Origin: the human T2T-CHM13v2.0 reference genome, Homo sapiens
Length of the DNA: 64,000 nucleotides
Assembly (NCBI RefSeq): GCF_009914755.1
Contig: NC_060929.1
Direction: 5' to 3' (one strand)
The position numbers and the translations under genes are program-made. Below are positions 61,066-64,000 of this stretch, piece after piece. A model generated the notes under the pieces. The model saw nothing but the letters and a program-made list of their open reading frames with translations. It was not told where the DNA came from and ran no database searches. Position 1 is the first letter of the stretch. Each line of letters opens with the position of its first letter.

Positions 61066-64000
<2,935 letters not shown>

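Overview
This is primate (human-like) genomic DNA, not microbial. It is a repeat-dense non-coding stretch in which I recognise no host protein-coding exon, RNA gene or CRISPR array; every long ORF in the track is a retroelement relic. Positions 1-30 kb are mostly LINE-1: three near-full-length copies plus two 5'-inverted copies. Positions 30-35 kb are a nested ERV-L relic. Positions 39-51 kb are mostly unique AT-rich DNA with old MIR/L2/MaLR debris and two possible enhancer motif clusters. Positions 52-61 kb hold a two-LTR HERV16/LTR16-like provirus with younger insertions, and another L1 starts at 61.4 kb. I found no convincing new biological system. The best signals are: (i) neighbouring L1s share patches of private variants, including the same ORF2 frameshift in two copies 61 kb apart, which suggests local gene conversion or an assembly artefact; (ii) a MaLR insert whose two ends rejoin into the native LTR/internal junction, like an opened circle; (iii) three twin-primed L1 inversions; (iv) small templated duplications. 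Subfamily names come from recalled consensus sequences and need RepeatMasker/Dfam confirmation.
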